Shown here: positions 1 through 12,186 of the stretch, one piece after another
Layout: each line of letters opens with the position of its first letter
How positions within the stretch are numbered: position 1 is the stretch's first letter
Assembly: GCF_964194025.1 (NCBI RefSeq)
Contig: NC_134469.1
Coordinates: 15,810,001-15,874,000 of the forward strand
Source of the DNA: Convolutriloba macropyga
Taxonomy: Eukaryota
DNA: 64,000 nucleotides
Direction of reading: 5' to 3'
Made by a program: the position numbers and the translations under genes
Notes under the pieces: model-generated
What the model was told of the DNA's origin: nothing
Databases searched by the model: none
Seen by the model: only the letters and a program-made list of their open reading frames with translations

Positions 1-16
1 CGATGTAAACAATCAC

Positions 17-2809
17 ATGATTTCATTCCTTCAAAAGCGCCCGGATTTTGGTCGAAAAGTGTTCGAAATTTTACAAAGTGCTAAAAATTCGAGGTTTAAC
101 GCACCTTATCGCGAGGCATACGCCATTCGGTTGTTTTTGGAAAACCCACATTACTATAATCTTTTCTCGGCTTTCGTTGACCCGAATGAATATCCCACGA
201 CTTTCGATCGTGATTCGTCCAGCCAGGGCTTGCAAAAAACGAGATGGTTGCCCGTAACTGAGCAAAGTTCACAACGAGGCTTTTTGTACAAAAGATTTTT
301 CGTTTTGAACACTTTAAACAAAGAAAATATGATGCTATCGACGCAACATGAGTTTCCAATTGCGCAGTTGATGTGTGTTTTGACAAACAAGCAGTTTGAA
401 AAAGCGTTGAAATTAACCAGAGATCCTTTAAAATGGCTAGAAGGTGAAAATCAACTACCAATGAACTGCTTCGATGAAATAAAAGCATCAAAAATTGTTG
501 CACTGAAATCCGAAAGATTCGAAATGGGAATTTTGCCGACGTCCTATGCAAGTAAACTTGAAAACTTTGATCAACTTTTACCTTTCATTGATTGGTCAAT
601 TTTGATTGGCTCAGAGGTTTCGCCAAAGGCAGCACAGTCGTTTCTATGTTCTGATGGTTGCAAGTATTGCACCACTGCGCAAAAAGTTGCGCTACTTGAA
701 AAATCTTTACAGGCTTTCAGGTCTTTTTCGATTGACAAAGAGTGCGAGTTGACTGAACTCAGCCCCGATTTAATTGCACTTCTAAGTGATGACATTATCC
801 AAAGCCAGGTGTCGGAACCAAATGAAAATTTACGACGCTGGCAAAGACTAAAAATTTCAAAGAAACAAGATATTGGGGATATTGATCTGACGATATCACC
901 CTGGCAGCTGTCCACAGAAACAATTCCGATTCCAAAGTTTCTTCAAAAACTCGAACCAATACTGCGTCACATAAAAAACGAAGACTTGCAGATTTACAGT
1001 AAAAGTATTGTAGAAATGCTGGAAAACTATTACGTACCCTTTTTCAGCGTAGATAAATTGAGCACTTTTGGCGTTCAGCTATTGCCTGTAAGCGTTTTAT
1101 TGCAAACTACAGAAACTCAGTGGCCGCGTAACCCTTCCACCTGTCATGAATTTTTTGGCAAAATTGGCGCCTCGGAAGAAATTGAGACCGAGTTTTGGGC
1201 AAAACGAAATTTGTTACTGAGGCATTACTTGAATTACTGTTCTGTTTATGGATTCAATACACCAACGTACTCAGACATTTTGGTACTTAACAAACTTTCA
1301 TGCGATTTGGAACCAACTGATCTTCGAAGTCTTGGAGCTCGAGCTATAACTGAGAATCTTCCCATATTTGGAAAGTGCTGCTTGTCCCCTGAACAGATTG
1401 ATGCTATTCGCGATGTGATTGGCCCGCTTAAGAACTGGGAACCCTATTGGCTGTCACTTTTTGGTGAGACGACATGTGACATTATTGATGATGACAAGGA
1501 ACATTTTAAAATGGAGCAGTTGAATAGTTTTGAAGGCTTGGCTTTGGCTGAAATATTGATTAACCAGCGATATTGTAATCACAGGTCTAGCCTTATTTTA
1601 GGCTATGAGTTCAAAAATGAGAATGAGCGTTTGACTAAGTACGATACCTGTTTGAAAAACGTCACCAAAATGGTCATAGACAAGCTTGAAGTGAAACATT
1701 ACGTTGCCTTGGGGTGGAAAGACGCAAGTTGCAAGTTTGATAACTCGGATGAAACCTCTTTGAAAACATGCGCAGCCTTAATGACTTTAGAAAAAGGTAT
1801 AAAACACGTTGAAATCGAAGAGCTTTCGAAACTTTCAGATTGCGAATTCGATGCATGTGCGCACTATTTTGGGAACAAAGTTGACCTTACAACCGAACAA
1901 ACCGTGTACATAGTAAACCGCATCATAGAAGTCAGAAATTACCGAAATGATTGGTATTACAACAAAGAAAAAGTCCTGGAGCTGTTGCATTTAATTCCTT
2001 ACACTGAACCGGGAGTTTTAGTGGGTGTTTTATCTTGGGCTGATTTGAATATGGTAAACCGATTATTATCAGTTCAGAATTGGTCCAGAAACCAGTCAGA
2101 ACTGATCATTGATAAGTATGAAGTTCTGATACAGGGTAAATGGACTACCACCCACCTTTCGGCTCTACTTCCGAATGTAATTTGCCATTTCAGTTTGGAA
2201 TCATTGAGCCCAAAAGTATTGCGTGAATTCATTCCAGTGGCGCGTGAACAGATATCCGAATGCGATGGGACTGATTTTTATCGGACCTATTTGAAGTTGT
2301 TCATGAACAATAGAGATCACAGTTATCTTTCCCCCTCAGATGTGCAAATGTTGGGCAACATTATGGCAGGTCTAGACCCATTGAGCTCAATCGAGGTGTT
2401 GACACACAACGTACATGAAATTTCACCCCGAGTATTCAAAAGTTGGGATAATTTTATACTGGAAGATGTTGTGAACAACGTAGCCAATTTTCTGACGCCC
2501 AAACAGATCCAAGCGTTGCTGCTGTCCAATAAATTATCTACAAAATATCAAGAAAAACTTTTGGAACTTGCGAGCTTGAATGGGTATCAACTGAAAAGAA
2601 TTATTGACAATGAGAAAGACGAAGAGAAACCGGAATCGACCAATAAGGAGAGAGAAATGGAGAATGAGATAATTGCACAAGTGACGTCAGAGCCCGTCGG
2701 GCAATCGTTCAAACTAGAAATTGTTTATGTATTTGCAAGCTCCGAGAGTTTGCGATGTTGCTTTGAACTGATATTTATGTTGCTTTTGAAACACTTAGCT
2801 TACTTATAG
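17..2809 (+). CDS. Mesothelin/otoancorin/stereocilin-family protein, probably GPI-anchored; 5'-partial (frame open from base 2)
   Basis: 930-codon stop-free frame in AT-rich DNA. The segment LNKLSCDLEP...AITENLPIFGKCCLSPEQIDAIRDVIGPLKNWEPYWLSLFG resembles the mesothelin repeat as I recall it (LGGLACDL...LLPRLVSC..LDQDQQEAAR..GPPSTW). WTTTHLSALLPNVICHF and LSPSDVQMLGNIMAGL resemble otoancorin/stereocilin helical repeats. A charged spacer is followed by small residues (ASS) and a hydrophobic C-terminus. No signal peptide at the first Met, so the true start is probably upstream. Confidence 0.75.
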   Translation: MISFLQKRPDFGRKVFEILQSAKNSRFNAPYREAYAIRLFLENPHYYNLFSAFVDPNEYPTTFDRDSSSQGLQKTRWLPVTEQSSQRGFLYKRFFVLNTLNKENMMLSTQHEFPIAQLMCVLTNKQFEKALKLTRDPLKWLEGENQLPMNCFDEIKASKIVALKSERFEMGILPTSYASKLENFDQLLPFIDWSILIGSEVSPKAAQSFLCSDGCKYCTTAQKVALLEKSLQAFRSFSIDKECELTELSPDLIALLSDDIIQSQVSEPNENLRRWQRLKISKKQDIGDIDLTISPWQLSTETIPIPKFLQKLEPILRHIKNEDLQIYSKSIVEMLENYYVPFFSVDKLSTFGVQLLPVSVLLQTTETQWPRNPSTCHEFFGKIGASEEIETEFWAKRNLLLRHYLNYCSVYGFNTPTYSDILVLNKLSCDLEPTDLRSLGARAITENLPIFGKCCLSPEQIDAIRDVIGPLKNWEPYWLSLFGETTCDIIDDDKEHFKMEQLNSFEGLALAEILINQRYCNHRSSLILGYEFKNENERLTKYDTCLKNVTKMVIDKLEVKHYVALGWKDASCKFDNSDETSLKTCAALMTLEKGIKHVEIEELSKLSDCEFDACAHYFGNKVDLTTEQTVYIVNRIIEVRNYRNDWYYNKEKVLELLHLIPYTEPGVLVGVLSWADLNMVNRLLSVQNWSRNQSELIIDKYEVLIQGKWTTTHLSALLPNVICHFSLESLSPKVLREFIPVAREQISECDGTDFYRTYLKLFMNNRDHSYLSPSDVQMLGNIMAGLDPLSSIEVLTHNVHEISPRVFKSWDNFILEDVVNNVANFLTPKQIQALLLSNKLSTKYQEKLLELASLNGYQLKRIIDNEKDEEKPESTNKEREMENEIIAQVTSEPVGQSFKLEIVYVFASSESLRCCFELIFMLLLKHLAYL

Positions 2810-5395
2810 ATAAATTCTGCTTAAAAGGCCCATCAATTAGAAATATATTTTTGTTCATTTTCTGAAATTGACTATAGCTTTTTAAACAATAATCTGAAGA
2901 AGCCGAGTTCCAAACGAATACCGAATATTTTCTATTTGTGCGCTCCCGCAAAGAATATTTCGTACATTAAATGTGCACCCTCGAGCTCACTCGCTACATT
3001 ACAACATAAAATTTATCATGCAAAGGCAAGTTTTATATAACTGTGGGGTAATGCATAGGGGAGTTGGGTTGTATAACGGAAAAGATCCCAAATCCCTGTC
3101 TGCATGGAGATGAAATCAACACAATTGGCTTAGCCACATGAAATTTTGAGAGTTAAAGAAGCTTTATATCGCCAACAACTGAAGTTTAAATTCAGTTGAC
3201 GAAGAGTTGAAGAACTTTGCGTGGCACAAAGTTCTTCAAACTGCAGAAACAAAACTTAACTTTTAAATCAAAAATAAGGTACATATGTATATCAAAATTA
3301 ACTTTAAATAGATCAACTTAGGACAGTGCAAAATGTTTTTACAATGACTACCACACAAATTTCGCACGCTGGTAGGACCATGAATAGCTGACGAACAAAT
3401 TGCGTTCCATAGCCACTCGCTATTACGCTTTTTTTTCCAGATCATCTGTCCTTTACCTCCTTTGATGAACTGCAGTGAAGCATTTGGAAAAGGATCGTTC
3501 GTTCTCTGGACGTGATCAGGAATATCGGTCATCTTTAGTGACCCATGAAGTTAGAATAATCAAAAGTTTCAAAAAACACCGTTGTTGCTGCTAATTGGCA
3601 TGCTCAATAACACTTTTTCAGCGTTTTCACTTTCGATTATATTTTAAAGTCGTACACATAAAAAACAGCATCTTAAAAAATCTCAGTTACAACCATGTTA
3701 TAACAGTACTACAGAGGAGCACGGTTAAAGAGTTGCAAAACGGTCAATGAGCGAAAAATAACAGTTCATTGACTGCAAAATTCGATATAAGGGTAAATGG
3801 CCGACAAATTTAAGATACAGAGACTCTCAATGACCGAATATAAGTAAAGGAAATAGCTCTTTGAGAACAAAGTTTGTAATTTAGACGAAGTTATTGACTG
3901 GAAACTTATATGCTTAGAGCCAATGTCCAAAAAACTGTTTTCTCGTGGGCTATTTGAAATAAAAAACTTAATGAACAAAGAAGCGTTCGTGCAAATTGAG
4001 TAAATAGCCAAATGAATAAATGCTGTAAAAAAAGTACATTTGTCGATGAATTCTTGCAACGTAGCATGGAGGGGATAAACACAGCAGTTGAAGAAAGTGT
4101 ATATTTTATCTGTTTTCTTAATTCCTTTTTTGCTTCTATGTGCCTTCTTTTTCCTTTTTCTCTATCTATATATAGCTTTCCATGTTAGACTTGCTTTTTT
4201 CTCGATGTTTTTACTTTCTGCCCTTTTGCCGTTTGGTTTTCATTTCTCTGTTTTTTTGCTCGTTCTCGCTGTCTCTTTTTCTCTCTCGCTCTCCCCCTTC
4301 CTCTCTCTTTCTCTCTGCCTCTCTCTCTCTATCCTTGTATTCGTTTTGCACTGCTTGATCTCACCCACTTCTCTGCTTTCGCACTCGCTTCCCTCTTTTT
4401 ACCACCTATAATATCAATGATGCCTTTGGTTTCCAGTCGGTCTCCTTTTTTCGTATCATTTTCCCCCTAAACTTCCTCTCAATCATTTACTCTGTTTGCT
4501 CTCTTCTCCTACCACATTTTGTTAATATTTTGTGGAGCTCGCTTGCTATTTTTCTGTGACTTCTATTTCTTCGTGGGTGACTTTCGCTTTTTGTACACTT
4601 ACCGTCTATGTTGTTCCACACTTCTTTGCCTTTCTGCCTGAAACTTCGACTTGATGTTCTTCCATTTTCCTGTTTGATATTCTCCTCTGCGCATGTGCTT
4701 TGAACTTCTACCCTCCCGTTATTTCTAAATTTTGTACATATTTTCATTCATCTTTTCTCTACATTGTACTCACGTTTTTTCTGCTCTTTCAACATTCGTC
4801 TCTCAGACATGTTCCATTTAGCACACATTTTCAACGGTAATTTTTGTCTCCTAAATATTATCCCTCATTTTGTCGATATCTCTCTATCGCGTGTGTGTTT
4901 GTTTGCTTGTGCGTTTTTGCGCCTTCATGTAGGTGTGTCGTGAATTTCTTGCTTACTCTCTTTCTCTTCGTTTTAAATTTTTCTTCTCAGACACAGTTTG
5001 TTAGCCAATTGTCACGCGCTTTTCGTTTCTTTCTCTCTCTCAAGCCAAGTAAAGTATACGATAATTTTTTAATATATATTTTATATTGCACTGTCTTGCT
5101 CGCTTTTCGTTCATCTCTGTATCAATTAGATGGGCTGCTTGTTTTTCAATTTTTTCAATATGGTGCAAATTTGCTCCGACTTTATCTTATTGGCAGTCAC
5201 GGTCTTTCGCGTTCTCAATTTGACTAATATACATCTAGCAGTTTCTCGTTCATTTCGTTTTTGCTGTCGGGTACCAGACCTCCTCCACTTCTGTTTGGTT
5301 CAATTTTTCTTGCTATCATGTGATCCTGCCCTTTTTTAGTTTCTCCGCCTCTGTTAGCCAGTTCGTGTCTTTTCCCTACCCGACTAAACTATCAC

Positions 5396-7530
5396 TGTGT
5401 TACATTAATCAAATATGTACTGAATTTTACTAATCTTCTTCTGTTAGATAATAACTGTTCATAACTTCATCATTTTCACGTAGTGATATTTTACCTCCGA
5501 CTGAAAGGAGTTTGATCCATTTGTTCAGATCATCCACATTCATTAGTTTCACTTAGTTTCATTCCTCTCATAACATTAATCGAATTCAGTTGTTCTTCTA
5601 AATCTCTGGTTTTGAGTCCGAAGATATTTACTAGTGGAAACTCAGCAGCTTTCCAAGCTAGATTCTCAATATGGATTCGCGTCAGGTTTCCATCTCTAAT
5701 CGGATAATCTGAGAATTCAAGCCTATTATTCGATTAAGGATTTGTACTGCAAATTCAACTTACTAAATTCAGATAGTATTAGCAATACAATCGCTAACTA
5801 CTGCCATATCACATGGCGCAGTAAGGCATGATTTCTCTCGGTCAAAACGCTTTTTGGACTTTTATACACAGAAAAATTGTCAAAGAGGTGGCCAAATGTA
5901 AACCCTGTACAGAAATAGGTAAGATCCCTAAACAAGTTATTCCTGCATCGAAGTGGAAATCTCACAAAAATTGTTCTGAACCAAATGAAGAAAGCCAAAC
6001 TGAATGACAAATGAAAAAGTTTAAAATGTACAATTTCATGCACGTATCAGCCGCTACTCTAAATACCCAACACTAGAACTATTTATTAAAACAAAAAACC
6101 CAACGTTGCAAAACTTTTAGAGGAATTCATTCAAGCTCATGGAGTACCACGTAATATCCGTTTAGATCAAACAAGATGTTTAATAGGAAACAAAGTTGAC
6201 AAACTTTATAAACAAAATCATATCAGCATGATAACTGCACCTGCAAATGATGACCGAGCCATCAGATTTGTAGAACAATTGATACATACTATTAAAAAAC
6301 GCTTAAGTTGTGTGATTTTACGGAGTAAAAAAAAACAGATTTAAAATAAAGGAATCAATAAATACAGTAGTGGATCAATTACGCGTCTGTTAAAAAAACA
6401 ACTAATTTAAAACGTTTCCAAGCACATTTTGGAAGAAAGCCAGACACGCAACTCAGTAAAATTAGTAAAATTGCGACTTGAACAATTTTGACATATGACT
6501 AAATTTTGAATCGAATCCTTATTTAGATGATGTCACTGTCCCAGTTGAAGATTACTTAGACAACAACGGTTGCGCTTCGGATGATAGAAGCGACATTATA
6601 ATAGAGGAAGCAATGAATAAAACCAGAGGAAGCAATGAATGAAAAGCAAAGTTCAAGCAAGTCGACGGTACAACGGCAACCAAAACAAATCAATGTCACA
6701 ATTTATTCTTCATCCGAAGCTGGCAAATCCCATTCCTCGGTCCAAAAATTCACTGGAGCTCAAGCTCACTCGAAAAATGACAAAGCACTCGAAGAAGGAC
6801 TTTCGCGGATCTTGAGACGCTCTCGAACCCGGATCAACTGCCCTCCGCAACTCCACCACTACGACTGTCATCAAAGAGCCTGGTGTTCCTGAAGTTCTTG
6901 TTCGGAACAACGACTTTGCTCAATGCGGAGCCAAAGCCGAAAGCAATACCTCATTTGGCAAACGCTCAACGTTGACCTCTTCCGGATTAGGAAACTACGG
7001 AAGAAAAGATTGCGCAATACTCCAAGGAATTGAAAAAATATAGAGGGGAAGTAAAAGTCAGGCATAGACACAACGATAATCGTTCGAGCTTCTCCTCAGC
7101 AAATAGCAACATTTCTAAAGCCATGACAGCACGTATTACCAGAAAGCACCAACCACTCGTCACACGAGGGAGAAGTACTACAACTCCAAATATATCTGCC
7201 GCCTCCTCAATCTCCATATCATCGACATCAAAGGGTAAACGAAATAGACTAGCATCAGTCTACCATGGAATTGAAAGTTCGCTTTTCTCTGTAAGGGAAT
7301 CCGATACAAGCTTCAGCCCCAAAGAGGCCAGGTACTGAAAAACCTTGGATCTAAACAATTATACAAAAAAATCTACTCAACAACCACAGGAATAGTCTAA
7401 CTTCGAATTTCCAGTAGTCCATACCCCCGACCCACGAATCCGACCTTTAACTTTATCACTCCCGGAATATGACTATTCAGAGTACAAACGTGAGATATTT
7501 ATGAACGTGTTTGGTGCGGAGAATCCAATA
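5396..7530 (+). mobile_element. Truncated duplicate of the Ty3/gypsy derivative: LTR 5396-5813, PBS, integrase remnant, no 3' LTR
   Basis: TGTG...CACA LTR followed by TGGCGCAGT. Frameshifted integrase motifs AKCKPCTEIGK, HGVPRNIRLDQ and TAPANDDRAIRFVEQLIHTIKKRL. Cut at the duplication junction. Confidence 0.85.
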
Positions 7531-10058
7531 CCACACAATATTCGCCCACTGGTAGGACCACGAATAGCGGACGAACAAATTGCGTTCCATAGCCACTCAC
7601 TATTACGCTTTTCCCAGATCATCATTTCTGATTGTCATCTTTTTTCTAAACAAAGTACGCAAAATGGTGTTGTTGCTCCACAGAGTTGCTTCCATTTACC
7701 TCCTTTTATGAACTGCAGTGAAGCATTTGGAAAAGGATCGTTCGTTCTCTGGACATGATCAGGAATATCGGTCATCTTTAGTGACCCATGAAGTTAGAAT
7801 AATCAAAAATTTCAAAAAACATCGTTGTTGCTAATTGGCATGCTCAAAAACACTTTTTCAGCGTTTTCACTTTCGATTATATTTTAAAGTCGTACACATA
7901 AAAAACAGCATCTTAAAAAATCTCAGTAACAACCATGTTAAAAAAGTACTACAGAGGAGCACGGTTAAACATTTGAAAACGATCAATGAGCGAAAAATAA
8001 CAGTTCAATGACTGAAAAATTCTTCGATATAAGGGTGAATGACCGACAAATTTAAGATACAGAGACGCTCAATGACCGAATATCAGTCAGGGAAATAGCT
8101 CATTGAGAACAAAGTTTGTAATTTAGACGAAGTTATTGACTGGAAACTTAAATGCTTAGAGCCAATGTCCAATGCTTAGAGCCAATGTTTTCTCGTGGGC
8201 TATTTGAAATAAAAGACTTAATGAACAATGAAGCGTTCGTGCTAATTGAGTAAATAGCCAAATGAATAAATGCTGTAAAAAAAGTACATTTGTCGATGAA
8301 TTCTAGCAACGTAGCATAAAGGGGATAAACACAGCAGTTGAAGAAAGTGTATATTTTATCTGTTTTCTCAATTCCTTTTTTTGCTTCTATGTGCCTTCTT
8401 TTTCCTTTTTCTCTATCTATATATAGCTTTCCATTTTGCTCTTGCTTTTTTATCGACGTTTTTTTACTGCCTTATTGGCGTTTTGTTTTCATTTCGCTAT
8501 TTTTTTCCTGTCCTCGTTCTCGCTGCCTCTTTGTCTCTCTCGCTCTCCCCCTTCCTCTCTCTATCTCTCTCACTCTCTCTATCTTCGCGTTCGTTTTACA
8601 CTGCTCGATCTCATCGCACTCGGTTTGCACTCGTTTTTCTCTTTCTACCACCTATAATATCAATGATAACTTTCAGTACCCAGTCTGTCTCATTTTTTCG
8701 TATCGTTTTCCCCCTACACTGCCTCTCAATCGTTTACTCTGTTTGCTCTCTTCTCCTACCATATTTTGTTAATATTTGTGTAGCTCGCTAGCTCTTTTTC
8801 TGTGAATTCTATTTCTTTGTTTGTGACTTTCGCTTTTTGTACACTTACCGTCTATGTTGTTCCACACTTCTTTGCCTTTCTGCCTGAAACTTCGACTTGA
8901 TGTTCTTCCATTTTCCTGTTTGATATTCTCCTCTGCACATTTGCTTTAAACTTCTACCCTCACGTTATTTCTAAACTTTATACATATTCATTCATCTTTT
9001 CTCTACATTGTACTCACGTTTTTTCTGCTCTTTCAACATTCGTCTCTGAGACATGTTCCATTTAGCACAAATTTTCCACGGAAATTTTTGTCTCCTAAAT
9101 ATTATCCCTAATTTTGTTGATATCTCTCTATCGTGTGTGTGTTTGCATGCGTGTGTGTTTTTCCGCCTTCGTGTGTCGTTCTAGCTTACGGTCCTTCTCT
9201 TCGTTTTAAATTGTTTTTCTCAGACGCAGTCTCTTAACCAATTGTCACTCGTTTTTCGTTTCTTTCTCTCTCTCAAGTCAAGGTAAGTATAGGATAATTT
9301 TTTAATGTTTATTTTATATTGCACTGTCCTGCTTGCTTTTCGTTCATCTCTGTATCAATTAGATGGGCTGTTTGTTTTTCAATTTTTTCAATATGGTGCA
9401 ATTTTGCTCCAACTTTATCTTATTGGCGGGAACGGTCTTTCGCGTTCTCAATTTGACCAATATACATCTAGCAGTTTCTCGTTCATTTCGTTTATTGTTA
9501 TTTGCTGTCGGGTACCAGACCTCCTCCACTTCTAGTGTGTTCATTTATTCTTGCTATCATGTGTTCCTGCTCTCTTTTTTTAGTTAGTTTTTCCTCCTCT
9601 GTTAACCAGTTTGTGCATTTGTCCCTGCCCGACTAAATAATCACTTTGTGTTACATTAATCAAATATGTACTGAATTTTTAAAATCTTATTCTGTTAGAT
9701 ATTTAAATTCATAACTTCAACAATTTCACGTAGTGATATTTTACCTCCGACTGAAAGGAGTTTGTTCCGTTTGTTCAGATCACCCACATTCATTAGTTTC
9801 ATTTAATTTCATTCCTTTCATAATAATAATCGAACTCGATTGTTCTCCTAAGTCTCTGGTTTTGACTCCGAAGTAATTTACTAGTGGAAACTAGTTTCCA
9901 AGCTAGTTTCTCAATGTGGAATTGCGTAAAGTTTCCATCTCTAATCGGATAAACTGAGAATTCAAGCCTTTGATAAGATTAAGGATTTGAACTGCAAAAT
10001 CAATTTACTTAATTCAGACAGTTTTAGCAATACAATCGCTAACTACTGAGATATCACA

Positions 10059-10068
10059 TGGCGCAGTC
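10059..10068 (+). promoter_or_regulatory. Primer-binding site of the gypsy element (second copy at 5814)
   Basis: TGG-initiated TGGCGCAGTC abuts the LTR end CA. The cognate tRNA was not determined. Confidence 0.7.
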
Positions 10069-12170
10069 ACGCATGATTTCTCTCGGTCAATAAGCTTTTT
10101 GGACTTTTATGCACAGAAAAATCATCAAAGAAGTGGCGAAGTGTAAACCCTGTACAGATAGCTAAGATCCTTAAACCGGTTATTCCTGCATCGAAGTGGA
10201 AAACTCACAAAAATTGTTATGAACCAAATGAAGAAATCAAAATTGAATTTGGCGGGCCAATTACAAATGAAAAATTTAAAGTATACATTTTCTTGCATGT
10301 ATCGACCGCTTCTCTCCATACCCAACAGTAGAACTTTTTCGGCAAAACAAAAGAATCCAACGTTGCAAAACTTTTAGAGGAAATCATTCAAGTTCATGGA
10401 GTACCACGTAAAATCCGTTTAGATCAAGCAACATGTTTAATAGGAAATAAAATTAACAAATTTTATTAACAAAATCATATCAGCTTGAAAACCGCACCTG
10501 CAAATGATGACCGAGCCATCAGATTTGTAGAGGAAATGATACATACTTTTAAAAACCGCTTAAGTTGTATGTTATTATCGAGTAAAAATTACAGATTTAA
10601 AATAAAGGAATCAATAAATTCAGTAATGTATCAATTAAAAAAACGTCTGTTAAAAAAACAACAAATGCAGCACGTTTCCAAGCACATTTTCGAAGAAAGC
10701 CAGACACACCACTTAGTAAAATCAGTACAATTGCGAATTCAACAGTTCTGAAATATGACTACATATTGAATCGAATCACAATTTAAACGCTGTCACTGTC
10801 CCAGCTGAAGATTACTTAGACAACAACGGTTGCGCTTCGGATGATAGAAGCAAAATTATAATTGAGAAAGCAATGAATAAAACCCAAGTTCATGCAGGTC
10901 GACGGTACAACGGCCACCAAAACAAATCAATGTCACAGTTTATTTTTTACCCGAAGCTGGCAAATCCCATTCTTCTGTCCAAAGATTCACTGGAGCTCAA
11001 GCTCACTCGAAATGTGACAAAACACTATTAGAAGAACGTTCGCGGATCTTGGGACGCTCTGGCACCCAAAAACTCGAGCAAACGCCCTGCGCACTTCACC
11101 CACTACGACTGTCATCCAAGAGTCTGGTGTTCCTGAAGTTCGTGTTCGGAACAACGACTTTGCCCAATGCGGAGCCAAAGCCGAAAGCCATACCCCACTT
11201 TGGCAAACGCTCAACCTCGACCTCTTCCGGATTAGAAAACTACGGAAGAGATGATTGCGCAACATTCTTAGAAACTGAAAAAATATAGAGGGGAAGTAAA
11301 AGGCATGCACAGACACAGGGACAATCTTTCATGCGTCTCCTCAGCAAATAATAACATTTCTAAAGCCATGACAGCACGTATTACCAGAAAGCACCAACCA
11401 CTCGTCACACGAGGGAGAAGTACTACAACTCCAAATATATCTGCCGCCTCCTCAATCTCCATATCATGGACATCAACGGCTAAACTAAATAGACTAGCAT
11501 AAGTCTAATAAGGAATTGAAAGTTCGCTTTGCTCTGTAAGTGAATCAGAAACAACTTCAGCCCCAAACAGAAGGAAAAATCTACCCAACAACCACAAGAA
11601 TAGTCAAACTTCGAACTTCCAGTAATCCGTCCCCCGACCCACGAATCCGACCTTTAACTTTATCACTCCCGGAGTATGGCTATTCAGAGTACAAACTTGA
11701 GATATGTATTAACGTATTTGATGCGGAGAATCAAATTTAATGTAATTGTGCAACGTTACTAACTTGATAAACTGAAAACTCATATTTCACAAACATTTAA
11801 AATCTCAAATAATTTGTCATTTATGTTGATACAATTTCATTTCATTCGTTATGTGTTCAATTTGTCACTTATTCATTTAGTGTTCAACATGATATCTATC
11901 CAGTTATTCGTTCTTAAATAATTTAGTAAGTTTGTGTATGTGCTACTTTAACACATTCACTAAATACTACGGAAACTCATTACTGATGCATACTAACTTT
12001 GTTTTTGTTCTCTCTTATAATTTGTCATGTTTCAATGTAATTCTCTACAATGCAATAATTTACCATTAACTATTTATGATAACCAGCAAATGTTTTACGT
12101 AATATATATTTTTTATTTTTATTGTGTAACTAATCTTAATTTGCTCCCTAATTCTCTCGCTCTTAAGTTT

Positions 12171-12186
12171 GAAAAAGCGGTGGATA
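12171..12186 (+). promoter_or_regulatory. Polypurine tract of the gypsy element
   Basis: GAAAAAGCGGTGGATA directly precedes the TG of the 3' LTR. Confidence 0.75.

Larger units (their letters stand above)
3350..11737 (+). repeat. Direct tandem duplication, about 4.2-kb unit (about 3350-7530 and 7531-11737)
   Basis: Collinear diverged copies: ccacacaa..ctggtaggacca at 3351 and 7531; MKKVYILSVF ORFs at 4088 and 8338; LTRs at 5396 and 9647; MEIEEAADIFGVVVLLPRVTSG ORFs at 7217 and 11462. Confidence 0.92.

Noticed and set aside
4088-5339. Hydrophobic plus-strand ORFs (also 8338-8791, 9305-9587, and minus-strand 60611-60958) that look like membrane proteins
   Set aside because: They arise from CT-rich low-complexity sequence, and the frames are not conserved between the duplicated copies.
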